Source: Azolla caroliniana (lineage: Eukaryota; Plantae; Polypodiophyta). Taken from it: 64,000 nt of DNA. This document shows positions 52,950 to 64,000 of the stretch, in pieces. The stretch is taken from NCBI GenBank assembly GCA_043228905.1, contig JBHGNT010000001.1, positions 28,458,001 through 28,522,000 on the forward strand, in the 5' to 3' direction. The notes under the pieces are model-generated. The model saw only the letters and a program-made list of their open reading frames with translations, searched no databases and was not told where the DNA came from. Every line of letters begins with the position of its first letter. Positions within the stretch are counted from its first letter, which is position 1. Made by a program: the position numbers and the translations under genes.

Positions 52950-54851
52950 ATGTTCGCGACGCGAGCCTGCTTCTCCGCAGCAGCAGAAGCAGCCATCGCC
53001 GGCGGGAAGGCCTTCAGATCTGCTGCTCCTCCTTTCGAGCTTCCCCCCTCCAAGATTCTTGAAGACCTGCTTCGCGAGCATGGCCCTCAGACCGTCTCTG
53101 ACTGCTGGAAGCTCGCCGAGGTACACACACACCCCCCTCTCTTTATTCTCCGAAATTACCCCTCTGTTTTCATTATCTCTCCCTCATGCTGCCCCTGGTT
53201 AGTTCCTAATGGGGCAAGCTTTTATGGTGGTACTGTCCAAACAAAAAGTGTCCAAGTTAATAACTTGCCACACCTACTGACCCACAGACTGAAATATCCA
53301 AGTGTAGAAGGTGAATATCTTGAAATCCAGCACCCATGGTGACCATGTAGTGTAGAGGATCTTGGCCTTGAGGCGTCACTGACAACAACAATAACAACAA
53401 CATGAAGGAGCAACAAGGCTGGAATTTAAAGATATAAAGCAATGCAACTACATTCAGTGGAAGTTGTGAAAATACTATGTCTACTAATAAAGGGCATATT
53501 TAGACTATACCCCGGAACTCAACTGAGTTCAAAGCTAATTCAAGCCTGTGTTTGCCAAGCTAGCCATCATCTTTTGCTAGCGAAGAGTAACACATCAGAA
53601 AATCATGATCATGTGTTTCTGTCTAGATTACACGTTGCATGCTGGAGCACGTGTTGCACTCTTGATCACGGTATGTGCACTAGAGCATATGGTGCACCCT
53701 TAATCACATGGTAAAATGGAAAGCACATGGGAGTTTGGGCGAAGGGGAGACTATGTAGCTCTCTCTTTAGTTAAAGATAATTTCTTTCTTTGTCCTACAT
53801 ACAATTATTGCCAAACTTTTCCCTGTATGTGGGATCTCCTCCCTTTGCCTTTTTTTCGATGGACATTCTTTAAAGCATATGCCTTTGCACAGCAAAATTT
53901 GAAGAAGGCAAAGATAGATGATCGTCATCATCATCATGAAGAAAAAGATGATAATTATGATGAGAATTTTAGTGATTTTTCTGTGTCTTCTCATGCACAC
54001 TTCCAATGATTCAATAAGCTCAGGTTAGGTTTGGTCGAAATGTACCCCATGTGCCAATTGCATCATGACAGTGTTTGCTATCCATGATTGATTATGGAAT
54101 AGCTCCATCCAGACAAGGGTGCTAAAATTCTTGTATATGGGATACAATATGTGTACAACGCCAGCCTTGTTGGCTATAGCCAGAAGCTTTTACTTACTAA
54201 ACTGTAACATAAATAGTTTTCATCACGTTGTAATGTAAACCAGGATACAGAACTTGTACTGCTTGTAAAACTTGTATGAGGGTGATCGACTGAGTGATTC
54301 ATTTATGTCTAATATGATTTAGATAGAAAGCTCTCACAACATTATGTATATGGCTAAAGAGTAAAAACCTTGTGGCACAACATGGTATATGTATCAAATT
54401 GGTCCGCAAGGCATGTCTCTTAAGTTGTAGGAATGATTCTTTGAGACTGTGAAAGAATTTGTGGTTACTAGAAACATGGATCAATGATGTATATGAAACA
54501 GAAATATACATTCCATTGTTTTGTCAGTTGTTGAATGTTCTCAGAAAAAAACAAGTTTCAGTTGTAATGTAATGTTGGGTTTTATAAGGATATTTATTGG
54601 TCATTACCCCATGCTAAAACATGTTTGGCTTAGTTAATTTATTTTTCATTTCTTTCTTTGTTTTGAAATGACAGCCTGCAGGGATTAAAAGCAAGATCCG
54701 CATGAAGGCATTGTTAATGTGGCTTGTGGGGAGAGGAAGAATTCGTCAGGTTTGCCATCACATAAAGGAATCAAATACAAAGGAGTTCTTGTATGGTCCT
54801 AAGAAATCACCACCGTCCAAAGGCATGAGTGAAGGACTTTCCGAACAATAA
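52950..54851 (+). CDS. Small basic, probably mitochondrial protein of 115 aa resembling the At1g73940 / plant mitoribosomal mL80 family
   Basis: Exons 52950-53120 (MFATRACFSAAAEAA...LEDLLREHGPQTVSDCWKLAE|gt) and 54675-54851 (ag|PAGIKSKIRMKALLMWLVGRGRIRQVCHHIKESNTKEFLYGP...*). The HGP.TV...W / SK..MK..L.W..GR...Q.C.H...FL pattern matches my recollection of this family; the N-terminus looks like a mitochondrial presequence. The gene model is firmer than the family name. Confidence 0.75.
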
Positions 54852-55442
54852 AAGGGAACTCTTATATGTTTTTTTATTTATTGCTATATGCTTTCAAGCA
54901 TGAATGATGTATGTGCTATGGTACCAGACCGATGAGTGTCAATGATCGACCATATGGTATTTTGCTTAATGTTAGTATAATGTGTTACAATATTTGCTGT
55001 CCTGGTCTTTTTAAACTGGATTTTCTATGCCTATGTCTAATCATCATCATTGATCAACTAAGGTTTGGTCTGAATCAACACACAACAAGTACGTTGATAA
55101 CGTATGCGGTGCACTTTCAGACAAGCATACATTGATAACTTTCAAACAAGCATAGGATAGTGGTATAGGTATTACCCAGTAACAAGAGAAAGATATATTA
55201 ACGTCTTCTTAAGGCCAAACTTGGCCCATGAGACGGTTGGTTTACAACTAAATGGGTATTTATCCAATTATCAGAACTAAAATAAAATAAAGTAAATAGA
55301 GAGATTTTGTTGGAAATAGATAGGCTTGATTAGTAGATATTACACAACACAGTTTAAGTTTAAGTTTACATGGGAACAATTTTACTAAAATAACTATAGT
55401 TTTTGTATATTGCACTAAATTGTAGCAATGTAGTTAATCTTG

Positions 55443-55755
55443 GGGAAAAGTACCAAGATACCCTTAGAACTTTGTCTACTTACTAGAATGCCCTTGGAAG
55501 TTCCAAATTTATCAAACTACCGCTATGTCCAAAAAATTACACTTTATTAAATAATTATACACTCAAATCTTTGGTATATAGGGCTAGTTTGGGTCCATTT
55601 CTTCCATCTTTGGTAAATAGGGCTTGTAGATTTGAGTGTATAATTACTTTATAAAGTGTAATTTTTTGGACATAGGGATAGTTTGGTAAATTTGGAACTT
55701 CCACGGGCATTTTGGTAAATAGACGAACTTCTAGGGGTATCGTGGTACTTTTCCC
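55443..55755. mobile_element. Mutator-like MITE or fold-back element
   Basis: TIRs of about 128 bp (GGGAAAAGTACC...TATACACTCAAATCT and AGATTTGAGTGTATA...GGTACTTTTCCC) with a 9-bp TSD carrying one mismatch (TTAATCTTG / TTAATCTTA). Confidence 0.88.
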
Positions 55756-58386
55756 TTAATCTTAAGTCTGATAATTGTAAAAATTACAGTGAGGTAGTAA
55801 CCACTTCATGTAGACAGTAAGTTTGAGTTATGACTCAAAAATGAGAGGAGTTGTGATTAGGAAGCAACGGGCACCATTATAATTCTAAAGCTAGACTTAA
55901 GTTTCACAGATATGTATGCACAAAGAATTGGCAAAGAAATGAAGCCTTCATAAAGGGCTTTTACATAGTGTAGTAGACAAATGGTTGAGGTAATTTTGAC
56001 AAGGGATATATAATCAAATTTAATGCCTTCATCATTTATGGAATCATGAAAAAATAGTAAGAAATTCCTTGAATTCTTCTGCTGGCTTATTTTATGTCTT
56101 TGCTTTTGAACTTTGAATATAAGAGTCTTACATGCGAATAACTACTCTTTTCGGATGTAGGTACTCTCTACACACTAAATGTGTCACCTTCTGTCCCATC
56201 TATGATTTATTTTTTATTATCTTTATATGGCGTAGTAATTTATTTTATACATGTTATGTAAGAATGATGGTTTAGAGCTCAAGATTTATATACAAGTAAT
56301 TTCTTACACATGAGATGAAGAGGACGTGCGAACATGGTATGTTGTGCAAGAAACTTAGAAGCACAATTGAACAAATTGAGCTTAAATATTTAAACCCTTC
56401 AAGTATATAACAACAAAAATGAAAAAGCCGCGATGAAAGAAGAGAGACTACAATATCATTATGCTTGGATGTGCACTTTTTTGACCTAGACATTCAATTG
56501 CATGCTACAAACACTTGTTTTAGATTTCTTTTAGGTCAACCTTAAATTTGTACCGAGTGGTCATGAGTGTGAAGCCAAGTTTGAAAATTTCTAAAACATC
56601 ATGGTTTGCATGAGTTACCCAAGAACTCAACTTGTTCAAAACCTTTGATTTGAACAATAACAATTCATTCCCAATCTGCACACTATTGTTCGAGTAATCG
56701 TGCCCAATGATATCATAAATATAAGGACATGCAATAACATAAAAATTTACAATTGATGCCCACAAACTTCAATTGGTATTGTAATTGTTTTGTTCTTCGT
56801 TAGGTAAAATTACGGGAGGAAAATATGCATGGAGAATGACTCAATGATACAGAGAAGTTATCTTATTTAATAAAGGAGACAAGAAAAAGAGAGAGAGTAG
56901 ATTTGTAAGAAATACTCTTAAACTAGAAATATAATCGACAATCAAATGAAAACCTTGGCTTTAAATGATCATAAGCTCTCAAAAATGTATCAAATGGTTA
57001 TACCACATAGGAGCTATTACAGTGGTAACCACCCTTGTTGGTACAAGAATCAAAGCAATAAGAATAATATTTATGAATGGGAGAGTCATTATTGTCAATA
57101 TTAATGCTATTAGTAGATCGCAAACACAAAAACTTGGAATCAATTTTGTTATCATGTTACAAGGATTTTTTTAATGATTTGACGAGAAACCTTAGGTTAA
57201 GACAAATTAAGCTACATGGTTCATTTGCAAATAAACTAGTCGGTGAGGATTTCCTTATAAAAGAGGAAATGAGTGAACGGTATAAACTTATATTAGCCTA
57301 ATGCCAAATATGCACCTTGGGCACTTGCTCAAATCTTATGAATATTTCTTTTGGCATAGTTTCATCCATTAGCAAGATATAACAACGATGAACACCCTCA
57401 CTCATTTACTGTGACTAAAATTCGAACAATAAATTTGTCTAGAGAGAAGGGATTGATTGACATAGATATGTGGTAGAGCCTCTTAAACACTACAAGTAGA
57501 GCACGTAAAAAGGATCTCTACTGTGATCAAGTTTCCCAAAAATATAAACTTTGTGTTGATTTAGCAAAACTATCAAAACATGTATATGCCAAATTAGGAG
57601 GAAGCCATAATCAATCTCATGTCCATTCACTCACCAATAACTCGTGACATATAATTAGTTGTACAAAATCTCTTTAGTCATATGGCACGATAAACCCCCA
57701 AGCCAACATTAAACTTACACCCATGACATTATACTTTAATCATATCTACTATTGATGTTAACTTACTATCCGTCATCATAGTATTCAACCTTGGTGTGCT
57801 TGTGATAATGTAACATTGGCAAAAATCCCCATGCACAAAATCGAGCTAATGCCAATCAATTTTCCACCACATGTTCTTTCATGTTGGTAAGTAGTATCAC
57901 CCTTGAAGATTTTGAGAAAGTTAAGGTTAGTTCGTACAAAGATATTGCCTTCATTTCTTTTGGGATCCAACCGAAATGTCCACAAACATTGGCACACCAA
58001 AAGGCAAGAAACATGGAAACACATGAATGACAAGTTGAATGCAATGTATGCTATATATAAGTACAAGGATGAAGGAGCAATGGCCATACTTAACTAGACA
58101 TGTGAAGGGGTAGGAAATGGTATAGGTAAAGAGTTCATCATTGGTGAATGTGATTGGAATGTTGATTGTTATATATTGAACGGATCGTCGTGATCGGAAT
58201 GTTGATAGTGATTATATATATATATATATATGAAAGGAGATCTGAAGAAGGAGAGGGTTAAAACACTAGAGGGGCTATTTATTAGGCACAAAAGCCTAAA
58301 GTACAATGATGGGTGAAAGTGAAACACAAGGGTAAGTTAAGTGGCATTTCACGTGGAGCTAAGGTGGTCGGTCGCGCGGTCCAGGT

Positions 58387-58932
58387 CTAGTAGGGGCGTT
58401 GGCCGATGTAGTTGCCGGGCGGGTAATAGTTACAAGTGATGAAGACGTTTCCGTCGCCACACGTGACCTTGGCGCACCCGACGTACCGGCTGTCCTTCCA
58501 CACGATCTGGGTGTAATGTCCGCACCCATCGTAGAAGGCGCACGCGTTGAAGAAGTAGCTGTACCAACGTTTCTCGCCCGCCCACTGGGTCACTGCATCG
58601 GACGGGGCCCAGTCCTTGCCGGCGCTCCCCCAGAACACGTTCTCGCCGTAGGGCCCGCCCGAATGGTGGAGGCCGCAGTCCCCGTAGACGGCATTTTGGG
58701 CGGCCCACCATTGGGCGTATCGGGCGAGCTGGGGGTGCCATTGGAGTGGGGCATCGCCCACATCCGCGCGCGCTTCGTTTTGGACGGCCAAGAACTCGGC
58801 CGCGAGGTTCGGGCTCTCGTCCATCGAGTATAGCCCAGACCCGGACACGGTCACTGGCCCCCATAGAAACATAGACCATGCCCATGTCCATGCCCATGTC
58901 ACCCCCAACACCCACACCTTCCCAACCAACAT
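58387..58932 (-). CDS. Pathogenesis-related protein 1-like (CAP/SCP domain), secreted, about 181 aa
   Basis: Intronless ORF with FLAVQNEARADVG..PLQW...LARYAQWWA, CGLHHSGGPYGEN, CGHYTQIVW, VGCAKVTC and FITCNYYPPGNYIGQRPY. The first in-frame ATG is 58932 (the ORF track start 58992 is TTG), followed by a hydrophobic leader. Confidence 0.93.
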   Translation of the reverse strand: MLVGKVWVLGVTWAWTWAWSMFLWGPVTVSGSGLYSMDESPNLAAEFLAVQNEARADVGDAPLQWHPQLARYAQWWAAQNAVYGDCGLHHSGGPYGENVFWGSAGKDWAPSDAVTQWAGEKRWYSYFFNACAFYDGCGHYTQIVWKDSRYVGCAKVTCGDGNVFITCNYYPPGNYIGQRPY

Positions 58933-61900
58933 TGGTAGCGGCTGCTGTATGTGAATGAGCTGAGCCAATTTGCCTTCTGGTTTCTGTTCCAAATGGCCTC
59001 CCCTGCTTCTTCTTCTTCTACTAATATTACTACCACTACTACTACTTCTTCTTCTTCTTCTAAACAGAGAGGAGAATTTCAGTAGATTTTGTAGAGGGTA
59101 AAGAGAGAGAGAGAGTGAGTGTGTGTTTGTGTACTTCTACATTTACTCACTCACTCTCACTTAGTCTCTCTCTCAAGTTGTGTTCATGGAACAGGAGAGT
59201 GGGGTTGGGTCCTACTGTCTACACACCATAGAGTGATTCACATCCACAGAAATTATAAGGAGTTCGTTTTCTTTTTCTTTTCCCCCAAGGATCAACACAA
59301 TACACAGGTCTCTTTAGGTTTGTTTGTTTCTTTGTTTGTTTGTGTGTGTGTGTGTCCCTTTCATCTCCCCCCCTCAAAAGAAAAACATAACATACATATA
59401 CATTTAGCCCGTGTTTCCGAAAATGCACACAAGGTGCTTGCAAGGCCATCAGTTCCTATAACTTACTTTTTTCTTTTTCTTTTTTTGGAGGAACTGGGGG
59501 TGGGAATCCTTTCAAAGGCGAAATGGAAGTGAAACAATATTTCTACGCGCGAATAAGGGCGCCTTAGAAAGCAAGCTGAGTGATAACTTGTTGACAAAAG
59601 ATTGGTTCTAGTCATGCAGATGCAATATAAAACTTAACCTTGTGAAGCTACAATGTAGGTAGAAATTGTGAAATTCTCACTATTGCACGCACCATGCTTC
59701 ATCAAGCGAGAATATTCCATTGATTTGGCGAATTGTATGTTTGTCATTTGTTCATTAAATGCATGGGGTAGAAGGCCCACAACAACCACCTCTTTGAATC
59801 AAGAGAAGGGAAGGGGGTCTAAGACAAGTAAGACTTACATGGAACCTTCCTTATCTTCCTAGAAACACTAAAGAAGGAGAAGCTATCCTCTACTAATTGT
59901 AATTTCAAGTTGGTGAGCAATGTAGTAGGTGCCTAACATTTGATTATGTCACTTCACAATACATGTACTAGGAAACCGTTAGTATCTATCTCTGTATCAT
60001 GAGAGATCAGTTTGTCACACAACTCTCAATCATAGAGATGTTGTCAAGAACTCCATTCTTAAGTGAACTTGGGGTCGCCATATAGAATATTGTACAAGTT
60101 GCTTCGACCTCGCTCTTTTATATTAGTTATGCAATCAATCATATAGTCAAGGTAGTGAATAAAGCACCAATTGATTTGATCATTTTCTCTCCTAGGGCTC
60201 ACAACAACAATGTATAGAAAAACCTATCGGTTGCACAATGTTGATGATGAATCTTTTGAGTATATTAATAGGAGCCCAATATTTGGATTCCTCTAATGCA
60301 CATGTTTTCTATTGCATATTAAGCCCTTTTCTCGGATCCAAGCCATTAGTAATGTATTCATTTCATCTACAAATGGGAGAGAACCTCAAGGCCAAGGTGT
60401 TGAAAGCTTTATGTCGTTCCAAGTGGCTCATTCTTATACGTAATGCATGGTTTAAACTTACTAAAAGTCTTCATAAGCATAACCTTTGGTTTGAAGCTAT
60501 TGACATTTGAACTTACAATGTCGACAAAAGTTTCTAGCCACTCATAACCCTCATTTAATCTTCCAAACTAAATTTGCTAAAACAGCCACACCATATGCAT
60601 ATAGCAAAAGCACGATGATGAGTTCATCAACCATTGTTCCAATTTAGTGACACATTACATAAAGAGAGTTAGATTGTAGTGTACATCCTCCTTGACATCA
60701 ATATGGTTGGCGAAATTTTCTTTTCCATGTTTCACACATACGACATATCACCTAGCTCAAATAGCTACAATAAAAGGTAAACATATGTTTGGTGCTTGAA
60801 GTTATTGCAAGTGCCTTTACATATGCTCATGAAGCAATATACCAAATGCTTTGTTGAAGTCTAGGATGGAATATATCATTCATGTACTAACGATTTCGTT
60901 CATTAGAATTTGAAGATTGATGGGAAAATCAATGGTCTAGAAAATGTCCTTGTCTAGAAAATTGGTAATGTCCCTTCTATTGTCTCCAACCGTATACACT
61001 AAATTGACTAAGTTTGCCCGATTGTTTATTTCTCACCCATTATGTAGAGAGTTTTGATTTGTTTAGTTCTCCATATCATGTTGCAATGCACAAACAAACA
61101 TATCATTTAATTTCCCTTATCTTTGAGCATTTGGGGTTCTAGTAAATTCATCAAGCAGATTTTGGTTTTCAGCATTCTTTATCAAACTATTATGCCCTTG
61201 GAGTTATGTACAATTATTGACTTCTTTACAAGATGTTTCATGAAAAAGAATTTGTCTATGCATGAAGAAATTTCTCTCTTGAAAACTTGCCACTCACATT
61301 CTAGTGCTACATTGTTTGGGAGTTTTGTCTTTTAAAACATTTGATGGATCACTTTTGCATTCAAAAGCAATCGATTGTTTGTTGTGGGTTAGACATAAAT
61401 GCAACATTAGCAATTTAATCAACACTTTTTGTGATACTTTCATCATCTGCTTGAAGATTGCGTAAACAATTCTATATCAATCATACAAGATAATGTAGTT
61501 TAAAACACGGGCTCACTAGCCCAAGTAACATACTCATCACATCCTATTACACTCAACACTAAGAAGTATAATCCTTATGAGTGAAATGAACATGGAAATA
61601 GAGAATGGATAATATCATTAACAATGTAATTGAGTTCTAGATTACAACTATAAATGCGGTTAATGCTAATGTGGTTGCACCTCTCTATCTCTCTCTATAC
61701 ATAATAGAAAGGGTGTGTATTTACTTCTAGACGTTGCTAGTTATATTTATAATTTGGACATTCGTAAATGGGGTCTCTTTATAACTATAGAATTTGTATT
61801 CCTAATTAAAGTATGAATGTATATTTGTGTTAATATTTACGAGAGTGGCCATTATTAAAATATGCAAAGACGGAAAAATACGTTGTTCTAATGTTTGTGC

Positions 61901-62640
61901 ATAAATATGTGGTCTTAGAATTATGGTTGGACTTTAGATGTGTGAGTTTTTTGACACATTTGAGACCATTATATAAAGTCATATGGTCTGATTTTGAATT
62001 CCATTGTTGGAGCAAAAATATGTATATGTGATCCAATATACCTTGTGGACGTTATATTTTCCATCATACTCAATCACACTATTTCCATTGTGTTTCTACA
62101 TGTGAAGGCATCAATGTCATTCCATAAAAATACACATTATGGTATTAATACACAAGACATAGAAGTGACTTTCAAGTTTCCATGTTGATGTGCTACTTTT
62201 TCAACCACCCATACATCCACCCTATGAGGTTGATAATGGAGTTTGACGACGAACCCTAAAGTTTTAATACCACCATAAAGATATAAAAAGAGGTGGATTA
62301 ATAGTGGATACATAAGAAGGGGCCATTCAAGGGAACTTACTGCACCCAATTTGTAGTAAAGGTAAGTTGGCTAGGAATGTTGTAGCTAGAAACTATAATA
62401 CACATTTGCATTTTCTTCTTCACTGACATGGTGTTTGCTCCCATGTGACTGTAATAAAGACCCTCCATTCTTCACATGTCCCACCATAAAGTGTACAAGA
62501 ATAAATGCCCATGCCACATTCTTAAATTGTTTTATATTTCTGTATTATATACATATCCAAAGGCAACAAGGATTTTATACCATCAAAACTTTACACTTGA
62601 CTACGTCTGTGAAAACACTCTTATTTATCAAAATGGAAGG

Positions 62641-62866
62641 GTCTTATTAATCTTCACTCTTGATTAATTGCTTACTTTTTTATTACATTTTTTATTTTTT
62701 ATTAAAAAATGACTCAGGTCTTCTTTTTTTCCAAAAAATCACTACTTCACATTAGTTAGCAAACAAAATTACATCATAGAACTCTCAAAATTCCTCTCAA
62801 CAGTCTTATTAATCTTCACTCTTGATTAATTGCTTACTTTTTTATTACAATTTTTATTTTTTATTA
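62641..62866. repeat. Direct repeat of about 63 bp, two copies
   Basis: GTCTTATTAATCTTCACTCTTGATTAATTGCTTACTTTTTTATTACA... at 62641 and 62803. Confidence 0.8.
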
Positions 62867-64000
62867 ATAAATAAATAAATACTACCTCCATTAGTTAAGA
62901 CAATGTACGTAGGATGTTACAATTTATTTTAGTGCATTAACAATCTACATAATACTGATATTAATTCATTATAATGACGATTGCATAATATATTTGTGAC
63001 ATACATATACATACTTGATATGGACATAAGCATCACACAAATTCCAAGTACGTAATAACTTCAAATATTGCAACTTAAAATCTTGTCACTAGAATGGATC
63101 ACACTATCTCAAAATTCTTTCATGTGTATTGACATTGTTTAGGTAATGGGGAAAATGTCCAATACAAACAACATTATCATTGATATATCATTCTATGTAT
63201 TAAAAAATCGCCATCGTTCATGACAACATCAGGTATTCTATTAAAACTGTTGAACAAAATATAAAAGTTAGTTTTATACTTAAATATAACTTAATATTTG
63301 TGCTAATTTGTGGATGGTTGTCGATGCAAATCAAGTTTAGTGCTTGAAGGTATGGCATGGTTTTAATTTGTTTCTTATTTTCTGCATCATAAATCAAGGA
63401 TAGAGATGGCCATGCATTTTATGCCACTTATAAGATTGTAAATTGTAATGAAATTGGACATTTGAGATTCAAATTACTATTCTCATTATTTCTTTGGTGG
63501 TCTTATAACTATGTGGGTGTGCATGTGCACATGCGCATACAATGTGTAGAACATGTTAAATCATAGTAAGGAAGAAAACCCTTCAAAGGGTGATAACGAA
63601 TTAATCATGTTTAAAATGTGAAAGAGAGAATTAATATCTCAAAAGAATGATAGTTTCACCAAAATTTGTATTGCCAATTGCATTGGCATTTTTTTGTAAA
63701 ATTGATCAATACTACACTTTCCTGTGCACGTTATCCAAGGACGTCTACCTTTAGTTTGATTTACTTGATGGCCAAATCTTGAGCCGGAAGGTAAAGCTAC
63801 ATTCAATAGTGATTGATGTCATTGGTGTCAAATTCATCATGACAACGTAAAAGATTTTGGAATTTTCAGAGTGGTTCCATGGTTCTACATCTCAAAGTGT
63901 GTTGCCATGCTATTTTTTAAAACGTGTCTTTGAGTGACTGATATTGTGATAAATTTGATCATGTCTTGATTCTCATGTCATTCGGAAAATGCATGTAAAA

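Noticed and set aside
58399-58915. Alternative-frame and antisense ORFs over PR-1
   Set aside because: Shadow ORFs expected from a GC-rich coding sequence.
56300-61500. Possible decayed transposase remnants on either side of PR-1
   Set aside because: Only vague resemblance among fragments; no catalytic motif or termini could be read.

Overview
Eukaryotic, AT-rich land-plant nuclear DNA with GT-AG introns and many decayed transposons; it is probably a fern or other non-seed plant, which is an inference from the PPR style and TE content. Six protein-coding genes can be supported. (1) The 5' six coding exons of a plastid ABCB28/NAP8-like half ABC transporter (minus, running off the left edge). 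(2) An intronless PLS-E class PPR protein. (3) The complex III hinge protein QCR6, in 4 exons with the start codon split AT|G by an intron. (4) Kinetochore NDC80, 4 coding exons. (5) A 115-aa two-exon protein resembling the plant mitoribosomal mL80/At1g73940 family. (6) A PR-1/CAP protein. Repeats include an 11-copy 176-bp intronic tandem array, three MITEs with TIRs and TSDs (two hAT-type, one Mutator-type), two long degenerate LINEs plus LINE and copia remnants, a probable solo LTR, a tRNA/SINE-like fold-back and several hairpins. About 31.5-47 kb and 56-64 kb are mostly decayed repeat sequence. No CRISPR, rRNA or intact tRNA was found. Nothing here is a demonstrated new system; the best leads are the repeat architecture of the ABCB28 introns and the inverted repeats bracketing the mL80-like gene.
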